A stretch of DNA of 64,000 nt from Chloroflexota bacterium (lineage in GTDB: Bacteria; Chloroflexota; Dehalococcoidia; FW602-bin16). Position 1 is the first letter of the stretch. Each line of letters begins with the position of its first letter. Below, piece by piece: positions 62,749 through 64,000 of the stretch. The notes under the pieces were generated by a model. It searched no databases. It was not told the DNA's origin and saw only the letters and a list, made by a program, of their open reading frames with translations. A program made the position numbers and the translations under genes. The DNA is taken from NCBI GenBank assembly GCA_004297765.1, contig SCTZ01000085.1:10240-74239 (forward strand), read 5' to 3'.

Positions 62749-63681
62749 ATGGAGGGAGGCAAGTTCGACATGATGGTCAAGGACAAGGTGGCTATCGTGA
62801 CTGGTGCAGGGCGTGGCATCGGCAGAGCTATCGCGCTGCTCATGGCCGAGCATGGCGCCAAGGTCGTCGTCTGTGACTACGGGGTCAGCGTCAACGGTTC
62901 GGAGCCGTCCAGCGGGCCAGCTGAGGCGGTGGTCAAAGAGATCAAGGAAAAGGGCGGCGAGGCTATCGCGATAGCCGACGACGTGAGCAACTTCGAGGCG
63001 GGACGTCGCATCGTCCAGGCCGCCCTGGACACCTTCGGGCGCCTTGATTGTCTGGTGCAGGTGGCCGGCATTCTGCGCGAGCGCATGATCTTCAACATGG
63101 CCGAGGACGAGTGGGACGACGTGATCCGGGTGCACCTGAAGGGACACTTCAACCTGATGAAGTTCGCCACGGGCATCATGCGGCAGCAGGGCTCCGGCTC
63201 CATCATCACCTTCACATCGGTGGCCGGTCTGGAGGGCAGCCCCGGCCAGCCGAACTACTGCGCGGCCAAAGCGGGGATTGTGGGACTGACGTGCAGCACA
63301 GCCCTGGCCATGTCCAAGTACAACGTCACGGTTAACTGCATCGCTCCCAGCGCGATCACGCGAATGACAGGGCGATTGGCCGGGCCAGCGGCCCAAGCGA
63401 TGACCGACGCTGGCGAGCCAGAGGATATCGCGCCGTTGGTGGTCTTCTTGTGCAGCGAGCAGGCGCGCCATGTCACGGGGCAGGTCTATACGGCGGAGGG
63501 CTACAAGATTGCCATCTGGTCGCATCCCAGGGAGATCCGGACGGTGTCCAACCATGAGCGGTGGACACCGGAGAGGATCGCGGAGATCTTCGAGAATCAG
63601 CTCGGGCAGGATGAGCTGTCCCGCTTCAAGAGGTTGGATATTCCGCTCCCCGGTCGGGCGACATCCGAGTTCGGCAATTAG
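62749..63681 (+). CDS. short-chain dehydrogenase/reductase (MFE-2-type 3-hydroxyacyl-CoA dehydrogenase-like)
   Basis: VAIVTGAGRGIGRAIAL, FTSVAGLEGSPGQPNYCAAKAG (S...YxxxK), NCIAPSA. Confidence 0.88.
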   Translation: MEGGKFDMMVKDKVAIVTGAGRGIGRAIALLMAEHGAKVVVCDYGVSVNGSEPSSGPAEAVVKEIKEKGGEAIAIADDVSNFEAGRRIVQAALDTFGRLDCLVQVAGILRERMIFNMAEDEWDDVIRVHLKGHFNLMKFATGIMRQQGSGSIITFTSVAGLEGSPGQPNYCAAKAGIVGLTCSTALAMSKYNVTVNCIAPSAITRMTGRLAGPAAQAMTDAGEPEDIAPLVVFLCSEQARHVTGQVYTAEGYKIAIWSHPREIRTVSNHERWTPERIAEIFENQLGQDELSRFKRLDIPLPGRATSEFGN

Positions 63682-64000
63682 CAGGTACACGCGTCGTGGT
63701 GTCAGTCCTGCCGCTTATCCCCAGATGGCAGCATGATGGAGAAGGCGGAAAGCACAGTGCTGGAGGGTTTGTCTCCCGTCCGATCCAGCAAAGCACGGAG
63801 TCTGGCCCGGCCCATCCCAAGCGAGGCAAGGGCTACTATTGTCGGAAGCCTGGGCCACCGATCGTGGTCCCCGGCCTCCACTGGTTGGGCGTCTTGGTCA
63901 CGGGCTGGGCAGGCGTGTGGGAGCGGCGTCCGCTCACGCTGGAAGCATGGCAGTGGTGCGCCAACCCGCTGCCACAGACAGAGGCGACGGAGAAATCCCT

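Noticed and set aside
62719-63690. 323-aa minus-strand ORF
   Set aside because: It is antisense to the SDR gene, which has clear TGxxxGxG and YxxxK motifs.
37866-64000. Second copy of the tRNA-Gly 3' end (attR) that would delimit the island
   Set aside because: I found no obvious repeat of GGTTCGAGTCCCGTCTCCCGC by eye in the window, so the island boundary cannot be defined here.

Overview
High-GC (about 60%) bacterial chromosomal window. The gene content and GC-rich palindromic REP-like repeats suggest a Chloroflexota-type genome, but that is inference only. There are three blocks. (1) 0.1-6.8 kb, minus strand: a complete lasso-peptide (RiPP) cluster. It holds a PqqD-like RRE, a B2 protease, an HPr-kinase-like kinase, an Asn-synthetase-like cyclase and an ABC exporter. 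It also holds two small paralogous precursor genes missing from the ORF track; I translated them by hand. Both match the lasso leader motif and end in Ser. A sensor-less two-component system follows. (2) 9.6-37.7 kb: mostly ordinary genes. These include a DEDDh exonuclease, a Met/Gln-rich lipoprotein, an ACT-malic enzyme, a LysM protein, a PASTA Ser/Thr kinase overlapping a processive GT2, a 12-blade NHL protein behind a promoter-leader-terminator, mazEF, a BNR/DUF1906 exoprotein, DoxX, DUF362, a GlcD-like oxidase, HtrA, an SH3b-peptidase, an atypical receiver, a SHOCT protein and RNase H. (3) 37.8-63.7 kb: tRNA-Gly(TCC) and a truncated integrase, followed by an anaerobic benzoyl-CoA degradation island. 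The island carries hbd, a thiolase, etfBA-fixCX, an acyl-CoA dehydrogenase, a crotonase (Dch candidate), BamA/Oah, PaaX and a visibly lower-GC bamBCDEF-like class II benzoyl-CoA reductase operon. In that operon the HdrA-like and MvhD-like genes each carry an in-frame TGA exactly at a conserved Cys position, so both are likely selenocysteine codons and the ORF track splits these genes. An intact IS with a 9-bp target duplication sits about 170 bp upstream of bamB. Beyond it lie a Zn-ADH (Had candidate) and a thiolase/DUF35/crotonase/SDR module. No rRNA or CRISPR was seen.
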